NCBI RefSeq assembly: GCF_001194135.2
Contig: NC_068991.1
Location: 63,832,858 to 63,874,174, forward strand
Length of the DNA: 41,317 bases
Origin: Octopus bimaculoides
Taxonomy: Eukaryota
Reading direction: 5' to 3'
A program made the translations under genes and the position numbers. A model generated the notes under the pieces. That model was not told the origin of the DNA. It saw nothing but the letters and a program-made list of their open reading frames with translations, and did no database searches. This document shows positions 1 through 11,350 of the stretch, piece by piece (within the stretch, counting starts at the first letter, position 1; each line of letters starts with the position of its first letter).

Positions 1-53
1 TATATATATATACATATACATATATGTATACATATACAGATAGACACACACAG

Positions 54-107
<54 letters not shown>

Positions 108-130
108 GTATATATATATGTATATATACT
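1..130. repeat. Compound (TA)n/(CA)n microsatellite
   Basis: Direct reading of the sequence. Confidence 0.95.
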
Positions 131-260
131 CGTGTTTCCCGGTTCTTAGTTACATAATGACTCCAAGTACAGATATATACACTCATGAAATTAGAAGCAT
201 CTTGATATGCGTAATACACGCATATATGCGTTAAAGAGGAGTTAGGTAATCACTTCCATT

Positions 261-306
261 AGCTTACAGCTGTTTCTGGCACAAAAAAAGCATTGCATTT
301 AGAGCT
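261..306 (-). ncRNA. Decayed hammerhead-ribozyme-like motif (right half intact)
   Basis: Minus strand reads AGCT-CTAAATG...GCC-A-GAAACAGCTGTA-AGCT. GAAA, a palindromic ACAGCTGT stem III, a GUA triplet and AGCT/AGCT stem I are present. The CUGANGA half is not recognisable. Confidence 0.3.
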
Positions 307-408
307 GAGTGGTGGTGCAATATCGCAGTAGACATACAAGTCAATTAAGAAGTTCCGAAGAAACTACAAGATCTTGTTCGACTACTTTTCTCTCGGAAAA
401 GTTAGAGT

Positions 409-412
<4 letters not shown>

Positions 413-465
<53 letters not shown>
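413..465. repeat. (GA)n microsatellite running into an assembly gap
   Basis: Direct reading; N-run 466-973 follows. Confidence 0.95.
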
Positions 466-1310
466 NNNNNNNNNNNNNNNNNNNNNNNNNNNNNNNNNNN
501 NNNNNNNNNNNNNNNNNNNNNNNNNNNNNNNNNNNNNNNNNNNNNNNNNNNNNNNNNNNNNNNNNNNNNNNNNNNNNNNNNNNNNNNNNNNNNNNNNNNN
601 NNNNNNNNNNNNNNNNNNNNNNNNNNNNNNNNNNNNNNNNNNNNNNNNNNNNNNNNNNNNNNNNNNNNNNNNNNNNNNNNNNNNNNNNNNNNNNNNNNNN
701 NNNNNNNNNNNNNNNNNNNNNNNNNNNNNNNNNNNNNNNNNNNNNNNNNNNNNNNNNNNNNNNNNNNNNNNNNNNNNNNNNNNNNNNNNNNNNNNNNNNN
801 NNNNNNNNNNNNNNNNNNNNNNNNNNNNNNNNNNNNNNNNNNNNNNNNNNNNNNNNNNNNNNNNNNNNNNNNNNNNNNNNNNNNNNNNNNNNNNNNNNNN
901 NNNNNNNNNNNNNNNNNNNNNNNNNNNNNNNNNNNNNNNNNNNNNNNNNNNNNNNNNNNNNNNNNNNNNNNNNATAAATCTTATTTCGTTCTAAAGCCGA
1001 ATCAATATCTTTTTTTTTTTTTTATAAATTAGTTATACTAGAAAGGACTTTGTCCTTGACCGTTTCAAGCTTTTGTAGTTTGTTGAGATTGATGGGGTTG
1101 ATGCTCAGTTTGGAAGCACAATGACCAATGTTCGGCAGGAAAATATAAAAAAAAGAAACAAGCAAAACCAAAAAAAAGACAACAAAGCATATGTAGAAGA
1201 GGGCTCCAAAGCAAGACAATCTTAGCAAAGACGGATTTCGTGTGTAATGCAGAGTCTAAAAGGAAAAACATGAAGAGAGACAAAGGATGAAGAGGTTCTA
1301 GGTGGGGAGG

Positions 1311-1633
1311 GTGGAGTCACATGGCCTAGTGGGTATAGCAGCGGATTCGCGGTCGAGGGATCGCGGTCGAGGGATCGCGGGTTCGAATCTCAAGCCGGGC
1401 GATGTGTGTGTTAATGAGCGAAACACCTAAGCTCCACGTGACTCCGGCAAAATGTAATGGCGAACTTCTGCTGATTCTTTCGCCACAACGTTCTCTCACT
1501 GTTTCTTCCAGCATCTAGCAGCTCACCTGCAACGGACCGGTGTCCTGTTCAGGTGGAGAACCTATACGCCAATGAAACCGGGAAACCGGCTCCTATGAGC
1601 CATGTATGGCTCGAAAAGAAATAAACAACAAGA
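1311..1633 (+). mobile_element. tRNA-derived SINE, family 2 (head H1 + tail T1)
   Basis: A-box TGGCCTAGTGG and B-box GGTTCGAATC. Flanked by an 11-bp direct repeat AGGTGGGGAGG (1300-1310, 1634-1644). Homologous to 13724-14018 and to the 5' half of 32359-32720. Has an internal 14-bp tandem duplication (TCGCGGTCGAGGGA). Confidence 0.85.
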
Positions 1634-1660
1634 AGGTGGGGAGGAGGGTACAAGTGAGTA

Positions 1661-1895
1661 TTGCCTCGAGTTTTAGGCCTACCCAGGTTACCATGGTGTA
1701 CACGTAACTGAAATCACAACATTCCTCCCTGAATGGGACTCTAGTCCGTTGCAGGGATCCTCATTTATAGCAGAGTGGACCGGATCAAAGTGGAATAAAG
1801 TGTTTTGCTCAAGGACTCAACGCACCACTCGGGAATCAAAACCACGATCTTACGATCGTGAATACTGGATTCTAACCACTAGACCACACACCGTC
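1661..1895 (-). mobile_element. tRNA-derived SINE, family 3 (head H2, CORE-like middle, V-like motif)
   Basis: The minus strand has tRNA-like boxes, then GAGTCCTTGAGCAAAACACTTTATT shared with 6872-7266 and 19010-19283, then CCTGCAACGGAC shared with the family 2 tail. Confidence 0.7.
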
Positions 1896-2135
1896 ACGGA
1901 AAGGGTAGGCCTTTTGCCAATTCAAAAGCATTGATGTTATAATATTGTTATAGAAAAGACAGAAAAAAAGCAATGAATTCGTTAACCAGTTGTAATATGT
2001 TAGTAAGTGAATCTTTGTCAATCCATCGATTTGCTTTTCTGTGTCTGTGTTGTGCTGTAAAAGCTTCATTCTGTGTATGTGAGCAATGCTCTGAAGTCTT
2101 AATTGAAACTTATAGGGATGTTTGATTTATCTCCA

Positions 2136-2189
2136 TACAAATATATATTCACATATCTCTTACAAATATATATTCACATATCTCTTACA
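2136..2189. repeat. 25-bp tandem duplication
   Basis: TACAAATATATATTCACATATCTCT x2 plus TACA. Confidence 0.9.
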
Positions 2190-2766
2190 CCAAGATATAA
2201 GGTATGTCAACAGAAGAAAAAGAAACTAATAATTATATATATATATGCTGTGGTCAAGCTCTATAGCCATTATACATGCTTTTATCATGGATTGATTGAA
2301 TAACCAGAGAGTTTTATTGGTTCTATGGGAGTTGATTATCATCTCATGATTGTTTTCTTATTGATTTCGTCTTCATCATCGTCATGCTTCCTATTGTTCT
2401 CCTTTATTTCCATATCAAATCTGAATGATCAGACTTATCCTCAAAATCCTTCTAGACGTAACCATTCCCACTTTTTAAGGGTTTATTGAACAATATAATG
2501 TTTTTGACATATAAAAGATAGTAGAGGGTGAATTTAGCAAGATTTCGCTGTTACTTATAGTAAGCTGTGTAGCCATGCAGAAGCTCCATCGTTTTCCCCT
2601 CCTCGGCTTTGTTGTATTTGATGGCACACATATATTCGGATCGGAGAGATGTAGCAAACATTTTCTTTTATATTCTTGGTAGTATGTACAATGCACCCTT
2701 TGTACATTATATAGAATGTGCAGTTAGTCTTTCATTGTAATTTTCTTGGGAATATAACTGAGAAAA

Positions 2767-2970
2767 AAGGCGGTGAGCTGGCAGACTCTTAGCACGCTGG
2801 GCGAAATGCCTAGCAGCATTTCGTTGGTCTTTGCGTTCTGAGTTCAAACGCCGCCAAGGTCGACTTTGCCTTTCATCCTTTCGGAGTCGATAAAATAACT
2901 ACCAGTCGACCACTGGGGTCAGCGAAATCGACTTAATCCTTTCTTCGGCTTTGTGCCAAAATTTGAAACT
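2767..2970 (+). mobile_element. tRNA-derived SINE, family 1 (octopus OK/OR-class-like), full length
   Basis: Reads AAGGCGG-GAGCTGGCAGA...GAGTTCAAA...GGTCGACTTTGCCTTTCATCCTTTCGG...TTGTGCCAAAATTTGAAAC. TSD 14/16 (2751-2766, 2971-2986). Confidence 0.9.
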
Positions 2971-2988
2971 AATATTACTCAGAAAAGG

Positions 2989-3189
2989 AAGGTGATGACA
3001 TGGCAGTATCAGAATTTCTGAAAAACTGCTTTCCGTTATTTATTCTAGTTCCTCACGTTCTGGGTTTAAATCTGGCCAGAGTGAGCATTGCCTTTCATCC
3101 TTTCGGGACCGATACAATAATATAGCAGTTAAGTACTCGAGTCGATGGTATCCACTGAAAATCTCAAGCTTGTATCTAAATTGGAAGCT
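2989..3189 (+). mobile_element. Family 1 SINE, older diverged copy
   Basis: Collinear with 2767-2970 but more diverged; contains TTGCCTTTCATCCTTTCGGG. Confidence 0.75.
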
Positions 3190-4950
3190 AATATCACCAG
3201 GAAAATGCGAAGAGATAGAGACGTTAGCGCATAAGAAACTATGTCTTGCCTTATTTCTTTTTAAGTTAAGTCAGCGTGGAGGTTAACCTTATTTTTCGTT
3301 CTCTCAGAGTTGAAGGTGGTTGACTGGTAGAATTACTAAAGCGTCAGTTGAAATGCCGTCTGGTATTTGTTTCGGTTCTGAGTTCTGAGTTTTTATGTGA
3401 TAGATGTTCGTCGCACCACTGCCATCGGCTCACTGATACAGTTTTACTGTAACGAACCTAGCAACGGAAGTGCAGTAGACCAGTACCACCGGGTCGTATT
3501 GAAGTGATAAAATTTACGATATTTTTACAAATTGAAAGTGAATCTGTTGCTGGTTTAACACTACCACAACCACCTGGTCTTTGACTGCCTGTAAGTGGAG
3601 TTAATTGTGGCAAGCACGCAGAGCGAGTTTCTGATTCCAAGATAACTTTCTCCTACTCCAGTCATATGTTTAGGAAGTATTGAAAATAAAGCGCCATAAG
3701 CGTTGCCCATCCATCCATGAGTAATCGCATTCCCCACACCAAAAGGGCAATACTGTTACAAAATGGTAATAAATTAAGTAATTATATTGTTGATGGTATT
3801 GTTGATTGTATTAGCTCTATTATATTAATGAGTGTGAATGTGTTAAACGCCGCTGAGTTCTCTCCAAGCAGTGAGCATAGGTAATGTCGGCTTCGAGAAA
3901 CCCATCACTCTCTCCAAATAACATCTACGAAATATGCATTAATTATGTATTGCTTCTGTTGTAAATGATTGCAGTAATATGTATGTTCCATTGTAACTAG
4001 TAAACTAAATGAACTGGGCTACATTAGACTGCATTATCTCAACATTTCAGCACTGCTGATAAAAAAGGTGGAATTTATCTCACTAATAAATTTATAATGA
4101 TCATAATGCTTTATGAGAAAACATCTCAATCTTTACTCGTTGATAAAGCGATATATGAATTTTTCCATAAATCATCTTGATATAGAAGCCCTTATCTGGT
4201 AACTGGACCTGATAAAAAATGACTGTGAAATCTTTCTTAGATTACACTCTGTTGCTTTGGAAATTAATCTATTAACTCTCCACAGTGGCGATAATTATAT
4301 TTATGGCGCAGTTATTGCGCTGTTACATTAACGGCGTTAGGTTGCCTATTCGTAGCGTATTCATTAATAATTGCAATTCGTCTTTTCAATTCAGTTAAGG
4401 TGAAGAAGAACAAGCGTGCAAACCGTCTCATCCTACAGTAGTATCATAATTGCGTTGTAATTACAGTCTGGAATTGAAACTACGACGCCGCTATGGTTTT
4501 CAGGAAGTTTATCTTTGCTTCTCCATCAATTCTGCTCTACCCACAAACTTTCTAAGTAATGTAGTTTTACTTCAAAGTAATATATAGCTAATTACAACCA
4601 ATTTAATATTGTTCTGCAAGAAATTATCAATAGAGATAATAGAGTTTTACTATTAAGGAAATTGTAATTAGTGAAAATAATTTTGTTATTGAACAGAAAA
4701 ATATAATTGAGGATGATAAATATTTCTTATTAAAGGATATTGTATTTAGAGGCAATATAATTTTCTTATGTAGGAAATGATCATATTTAAACATTTTAAA
4801 AAGGCAACGCGTATTATAAATTTATCGATTTTTGGAAATTTACAAGTTTTCAACTAAAATTAAAATAATGGCTAATATGTTGAGCATAATTAGATTGCTA
4901 ATTAAGAACGATCTAGTTAAGAAATATTTTTATAGGGGGAAAACTACCTA

Positions 4951-4953
<3 letters not shown>

Positions 4954-4984
<31 letters not shown>
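4954..4984. repeat. (TC)n microsatellite
   Basis: Direct reading. Confidence 0.95.
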
Positions 4985-4986
<2 letters not shown>

Positions 4987-5675
4987 TCTCTCATTGTCTC
5001 GAACTCTGTCTCTTTATCGAAGTTTATCGCTCGAATAAATACCATCTACTTGAAACGTTACACTTCATAGCCACTGTACTTATCAAAATGTTCTAGTAAT
5101 TTGTAGGAATTCTACTTCATACACTTTATTAAATTATCAACTAATCTCCATTTCCGGCTTGATTCAATATTTTGCGAACATTTCAGGTTATTACCGGGAC
5201 GGCAAGCAATGGTGACGTTTATATTTTCGTTGATGACAATTATTAGAAATGTTCGAAGTTGCCTCCCTTTTTTGCTCATTCCAAATAGCACTTTTACATA
5301 AGTACAACATTTAACCCTGCAGTAATTGTGTCTAAAGTTGAAAACGTTATAAATAATCAACCCCAATATTTCATTATTCATTTATTTGTATTTCAAGCGA
5401 GAAGTGAAATGCGAGTGTATATGATAGCAGGTTAATTCTTGGTCTACGAATTATTGAAGAAATGAAATATCATAAATATATTAAAGCTATTATTAATGTT
5501 GCTGAGCCCCAGATCAGAGCTGATTAGGTAAACCTATGATGAAGAACAGTCTCGTCCATTACTTAGATAAACTGCAGTATCGTCTGTACATCTCCTGAAA
5601 CTATTTTTCATTAGTATTTGTTGGAAGGGTATGAAAACATGACCCGAGAGTGTGTGCGTGTCTCTGTGTGTATAC

Positions 5676-5721
<46 letters not shown>

Positions 5722-6325
5722 NNNNNNNNNNNNNNNNNNNNNNNNNNNNNNNNNNNNNNNNNNNNNNNNNNNNNNNNNNNNNNNNNNNNNNNNNNNNNNN
5801 NNNNNNNNNNNNNNNNNNNNNNNNNNNNNNNNNNNNNNNNNNNNNNNNNNNNNNNNNNNNNNNNNNNNNNNNNNNNNNNNNNNNNNNNNNNNNNNNNNNN
5901 NNNNNNNNNNNNNNNNNNNNNNNNNNNNNNNNNNNNNNNNNNNNNNNNNNNNNNNNNNNNNNNNNNNNNNNNNNNNNNNNNNNNNNNNNNNNNNNNNNNN
6001 NNNNNNNNNNNNNNNNNNNNNNNNNNNNNNNNNNNNNNNNNNNNNNNNNNNNNNNNNNNNNNNNNNNNNNNNNNNNNNNNNNNNNNNNNNNNNNNNNNNN
6101 NNNNNNNNNNNNNNNNNNNNNNNNNNNNNNNNNNNNNNNNNNNNNNNNNNNNNNNNNNNNNNNNNNNNNNNNNNNNNNNNNNNNNNNNNNNNNNNNNNNA
6201 TATATATATATATATATATTCAAATCTGTTTTGTGGTTAAAAAGTTTGCTTCCAGCCCATGTGGTTCCGATTTAGATTGAATTGTCAACCATCGTTGGTA
6301 AGTTGCTACAGCTGGCCGCGATATT

Positions 6326-6517
6326 GGTTTCATAATTTGGAATAACGTCAAGAATTTCGGGGGAGGGAATAAGTCAATTACATCGATCCCAGCACTCAAC
6401 TGGTACTTATTTTATTGACCCTGAAAGTCAACATCGGCAGAATTTGAACTCAAGACGGACGAAATGACTCTAGGTATTTTGCCTGGCGTACTAACAATTC
6501 TGCCATCTCGTCGCCTT
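6326..6517 (-). mobile_element. Family 1 SINE (older copy)
   Basis: Reverse-complement match to family 1. Flanked by 18-bp repeats at 6308-6325 and 6518-6535 (15/18 identical). Confidence 0.85.
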
Positions 6518-6535
6518 ACAGCTGACCGTAATATT

Positions 6536-6762
6536 TATTTCTTTATTGCCCACAGGAGGTTAAACATAGCGGGGACAAACAAGGACAGACAAAGGGATTA
6601 AGTCGATCACATCGACCCCCGTGCCTAACTGGTACTTATTTAATCGACCTCGAAAAGATGAAAGTAAACCTGAGCGGAATTTGAACTCAGAACGTAACGG
6701 CAGACGAAATTTCTCTAAGCCTTTCGCCTGGCGTGCAACCGATTCTGCCAGCTTGTCGCCTT
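6536..6762 (-). mobile_element. Family 1 SINE, long-tail variant (younger copy)
   Basis: Perfect 18-bp TSD ACAGCTGACCGTAATATT (6518-6535, 6763-6780). The tail ending GGGCAATAAAGAAATA is shared with 23819-23975 and 34420-34652. Confidence 0.9.
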
Positions 6763-6871
6763 ACAGCTGACCGTAATATTGGAATGACTAATATCTTGTC
6801 AATGAAATTTTGTTGATCTGCGTTCCTGTGTTCATGTGTTCTGCATTTACGTTGCTGTTAATGTTGAGTAC

Positions 6872-7266
6872 TTATATTTGCTCTAACCTGGCTGATTGCC
6901 AAAGAGATGCACTAGCACTCCGTCGATTATATTTGCTCTAACCTGGCTGTTTGGCAAAGAGGTGCACTGGCACTCCATGGGTTACAATGGCGATGGTTCC
7001 AGTTGATCAAATCAACGGAACAGCATGCTGGTGAAATAAACGTGCTTGTGGTTGAGCACTCCACAGACACACACACCTTTAACGTAACTCACAATGTCAC
7101 AGGCCCGGCCCTTTGTATTTTCGGTGCAACTTATTTTTGCCGGCTGATTGATCTGGAGCAGCGTGAAAATAAAGTATCATGCTTAAGGACACAAGGTGCC
7201 TCCGGGAATTGAACTCATGACCATACGAGCGTGAGCTGATTCCGCTAACCATTTAGTCACGTGCCT
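6872..7266 (-). mobile_element. Family 3 SINE (head H2 + tail T2) with a duplicated 55-bp 3' end
   Basis: tRNA-like head at 7266-7190, then TGTGTCCTTAAGCA...CTTTATTTTCACGCTGCTCCAG. The tail is shared with 21822-22003 and 32540-32720. A 55-bp unit is repeated at 6872-6926 and 6927-6981. Confidence 0.8.
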
Positions 7267-7329
7267 TTTAAATATGGTGTACCGGTATGACCGCAATCAG
7301 AAGACTCAAAACCTTTCCGACCATTTCAT

Positions 7330-7520
7330 TATGTTGAACCTTTAATCCCTACACATTTTTTTCTTTCACCGTTTTTTTCCCCCTCTTAATTCTTTCTGTC
7401 GAAGAGCGTAGACCCGAAACATCAAAGACTTTTCCATTCTTCCCAAGTGTTAAACTAATACAACTGCCCTGTTGTTCCTTCACCAGTTTTCATCTTTTGT
7501 TTTCTGTAAATCTGAACTAC
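7330..7520 (+). mobile_element. Penelope-like terminal-repeat relic with a hammerhead-like motif
   Basis: Homologous to 27975-28165. Contains TCTTT-CTGTCGA-A-GAGC-GTAG-ACCC-GAAAC-ATC-AAAGA (7391-7428). No ORF is attached. Confidence 0.55.
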
Positions 7521-7607
7521 ATACACGCACACACACACACATATATGCACACACACACATGCTCCCACACACATATGTATATATATATATGTTTGTGTGT
7601 GTGCATG

Positions 7608-7664
<57 letters not shown>

Positions 7665-7680
7665 GTATACATGCACACAC
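7521..7680. repeat. Compound (CA)/(TG)/(TA) microsatellite
   Basis: Direct reading. Confidence 0.95.
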
Positions 7681-8298
7681 ATTCGCGTAAACTCACACAC
7701 CAAGCATAGACGTTGGTCTTCACACATCATAGCACCACTCCTGTCACAGTCACACATCGTGCAGATACTTATAACACAATGACAAACAACAATAAACATA
7801 TAAGTACTTTACACTCAGAAATATAGACAGTCACGGAGAGCTCATTGAAAAGTCTACTACTGTTTGGTGAAAAATTAATCAATTCATACTGATAACAAAA
7901 AAATCAAATAACCAACAGAAAACACTACAACCAGTACACTTGTTCTTGTTAGATAAAGGCTCCTCCCTAAATACAACAAAATCTATTATAGATACCTTTC
8001 CAAGAGTATTCATTATAAATGCCATATCGCTAACAGCCAGGCATGAACAGTCGTACTAAGAGGTTTGTGCTCCTTTCAGATTATAGATATCAATAAATTA
8101 TATTACTACCGCATGAATTATATTACTACAAATGAATCTGCAGTGCCGAGACTTGTGTTTTGCTTTCTCTCTTGTTTTAGTGATGCTGTAAGAGTTGTAT
8201 GTATTTACTGTAGCGTTGAGGGTTAGATATCTTTCCATTTGATTAATCACCCGTTTGAAATCTATTTCATATTTTACTGCACCATTCACAAAAACATA

Positions 8299-8336
<38 letters not shown>

Positions 8337-8370
8337 GTAGTAGTAGTAGTATTGTTGTTGTTGTTGTTAT
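8299..8370. repeat. Compound triplet microsatellite (ATT)/(AGT)/(GTT)
   Basis: Direct reading. Confidence 0.95.
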
Positions 8371-8390
8371 TGCTTTTGTTGATTAAATTG

Positions 8391-8525
8391 CACCGAGGTC
8401 GACTTTGCCTTTTATTCTTTCGGGGGTCGAAGAAATAAGTACCAGTTACGCACTGGGTCGATGTAATCGATTTATTCCCTCCCACCAAAATTTCAGCTCT
8501 CGGTGTCTATAGTTGAAAGGGTTAT
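8391..8525 (+). mobile_element. Family 1 SINE, 5'-truncated
   Basis: CACCGAGGTCGACTTTGCCTTT...AAGTACCAGTT...CTATAGTTGAAAGG. Confidence 0.85.
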
Positions 8526-8565
8526 TATCATTACTGTTGTTGTTGTTGTTTCTGTTGATTAAATT

Positions 8566-8686
8566 CCACCATGATTGACCTTGCCTTTCATCCTTTCGAT
8601 AAAATAAAAGCCAGTCAAGTACTGGGGTCGATGTAATAGTCTAGACCCTGCCGCCAATTGTAGGCCCTGCGCCTATAGTAGAAAGG

Positions 8687-8688
<2 letters not shown>
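8566..8688 (+). mobile_element. Family 1 SINE, 5'-truncated, tail running into (ATT)n
   Basis: TTGCCTTTCATCCTTTCGATAAAATAA...CCTATAGTAGAAAGGATT, followed by an ATT array. Confidence 0.8.
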
Positions 8689-8951
<263 letters not shown>

Positions 8952-9231
8952 TTAAAATTAAGAGTGTTCCAAAAACCAAAATGAAATATTATTATGATGC
9001 AGAAATCCCGAAGAAGTGCTTTTCAGAGAATATCATATTATCCGAAGAAAATTTTCATTCAAACTAATGATCTGATGCAGGTGTAAAAGCTCACACTTAA
9101 AATTCCCTCTGTGCCTCATTAGCTGGTTTTATACATACTCAAGAAGCCTAACTCTCCACAAACGAGTGATATATTCAATACAATCGAGAATACAGCTCTA
9201 CTATACTCGTGCATGAAAAAAATCAAAGTGG

Positions 9232-9495
9232 GGTGGGGTGACGTGCTGGTTGTTGCACCTCCTGCTAGAAATAATAGTCATGTCTTTTTGAAATTATATT
9301 CTACAGTTTTAAGAAGCCTAAGTTTATAGTGGATAATGTAGTCGAGAATTGACAAAGGATGATAAGTCGGGATGGTCATAACTAGAGAACCTTTGATCGT
9401 AGACGTGTTCTCGAACAGGACTGACTGAGGTATAAGCAATAATGATGTCGGCTATGGTCAACGATGACGACGACAACAACAATAATAACATCAAC
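9232..9495 (+). mobile_element. Interspersed repeat with (CAA)n-like tail (SINE-like, family 5)
   Basis: CTCCTGCTAGAAATA...GGATAATGTAGTC...GGATGGTCA...CCTTTGATC, then a degenerate ACA/ACG array. A reverse-oriented fragment lies at about 26895-26985. Confidence 0.55.
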
Positions 9496-10130
9496 AACAT
9501 ACCAACATGTACATGCCTTTCAGAAGACTAATGTAAAATTAAAAGATTGTAATACAAATCAGATTTTACTCCAATACATCTGTCCGTATTGCTTCAATAA
9601 GAAACTCTGCAAAACACGTGATAGCCTCGAAGAAGCTCAAATCCACGACCGAATTTCCACTTCAATTCATTGGCATTCTCTTCAATATTCTAGTAATACA
9701 GGAAAAAGCAATATTCACAAACTTCCATTACTACTAAATGTTAGTCTATGTATTACATTTTAAGAAACAAATATGTACACATCTGACTCGAGAGTGCTGG
9801 ATAGAGTCAATGGCTCTCATACATCTATGAGAGGTTGGTCTTTTCATTTTTTTTAATATATTAGTATAATGTATCCTGCGGTTATGTGAGATATGATTTT
9901 AGCTGGGATTTTTCTCTCAACGAAAAACGTTTGTGCTTACGGATTTGCAATGTTTGTCACATGCTGTACCAGAATGAGACAACTGGGCGAGGCTGCTTGA
10001 CTTTAGTGATTTGGCAAAGCTGACTGGATATTGAACCTACTTTAGTGACAGTACTTCTTGGCACTGTAGGCAAACGCACATATATGCACGCACGCAGTAA
10101 TATACACATTAAAACAGAGAAAAAGAGACA

Positions 10131-10162
<32 letters not shown>

Positions 10163-10939
10163 GAGGAAGGGAGAGGGGCATATTACAACTATAAATTGAA
10201 CACGTTTGACATAAACACTATCGCTCTCGTCACACATAAAGAGAAATATGTTTACACACATAAGATACAGGGAGAGATTTGTTACTTTATTTCATCGATG
10301 TTTATTAATTGGCGAAATAACTTTCCATACATTCTGACATAAAATGAGAGGACACTGATTTGCAAGCACACGGAAATACACTCACACAATCACATATACA
10401 AACACACACACACATACACAAACACACATACACATACACACATGTACCGCCCATACATACGCACCACACATATACGCACACACACAAATAGTTTACTTTC
10501 ACTGAATGCTTATCGCGCGAATCTAATTTCACGCGACTGCGATCCTCAGGCGGGAACCGTTGAAATATCATGTGATAGCTTATTTGTATTCGTTGGCGTA
10601 GTTTCTTATTTGTTAATATTCAGAAAGATAACAGCCAATTAACATAGATAAAAAAAAGCTAACTCTGGAATAGACAGTTAAGGAATTACAATCACACCAA
10701 TCAACTAAAATGAATCTCATCTGACTGAATTGTAACAATTCTCCACATAGGACTGAAGTGTCTCGAGGTATTTAGTTGAAATAAACTATAATAATTTATT
10801 TGACACAATTCGAAGTGTGACACTAGTTTCGGTGCGTCTGAGACAGAGAGAGACGAAACTAACCTCAAATCAGAAATCTAGTCTGTATGCTTACTACAAA
10901 GTGGACTCGGCTATACTATATATATATATATACACACAC

Positions 10940-10971
<32 letters not shown>

Positions 10972-10972
10972 T

Positions 10973-11008
<36 letters not shown>

Positions 11009-11084
11009 ATATTACATACATATAAGAGGGATGATCACTAAGTGGACATCCATTATGCTAGAAGTAGACACGTTATGGTCTATA

Positions 11085-11350
11085 TATATATATATGTCTC
11101 TGTGTATGTGTGTGTGCGTGTGTTTGTTTGTATGCGCTTATGTGTGTGTCTTTGTGTGTCTGTGTTTGTCCCCCACCGTAGCTTGACAACCGCTGTTGGT
11201 GTGCTTACGCCTGGGTAACTTAGTGGTTCGTCAGAAGTTGGCGATAAAATTAGTACTAGTCTTAGAAAAGTCCTGGAGTCAATTTGTTCCACTAAAACCC
11301 CCCAACGCGGTGACCCAGCATGGCCACAGTCAAATGGCTGAAACAAGTAG
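11085..11350 (+). mobile_element. SINE family 4, 3' half
   Basis: GTGTTTGTCCCCC...TTGACAACCG...CAGCATGGCCACAGTCAAATGGCTGAAACAAGTA. Reverse complement of 33880-34100 and 35672-35800. Confidence 0.75.

Noticed and set aside
3458-3925. Short minus-strand frames such as CYLERVMGFSKPTLPMLTAWRELSGV and GSQRPGGCGSVKP...
   Set aside because: Each ends in a stop with no consistent exon chain or recognisable family.
9594-9689. Minus-strand NIEENANELKWKFGRGFELLRGY..., resembling a TRP box (WKFxR), after a good acceptor
   Set aside because: Spacing differs from TRPC/TRPM motifs, the frame stops after 31 codons, and no other channel exons were found.
10823-10860. Hairpin TAGTTTCG...CGAAACTA containing CTGAG and GAAAC
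   Set aside because: Lacks the CUGANGA core, so it is not a hammerhead; an 8-bp stem is near chance level.
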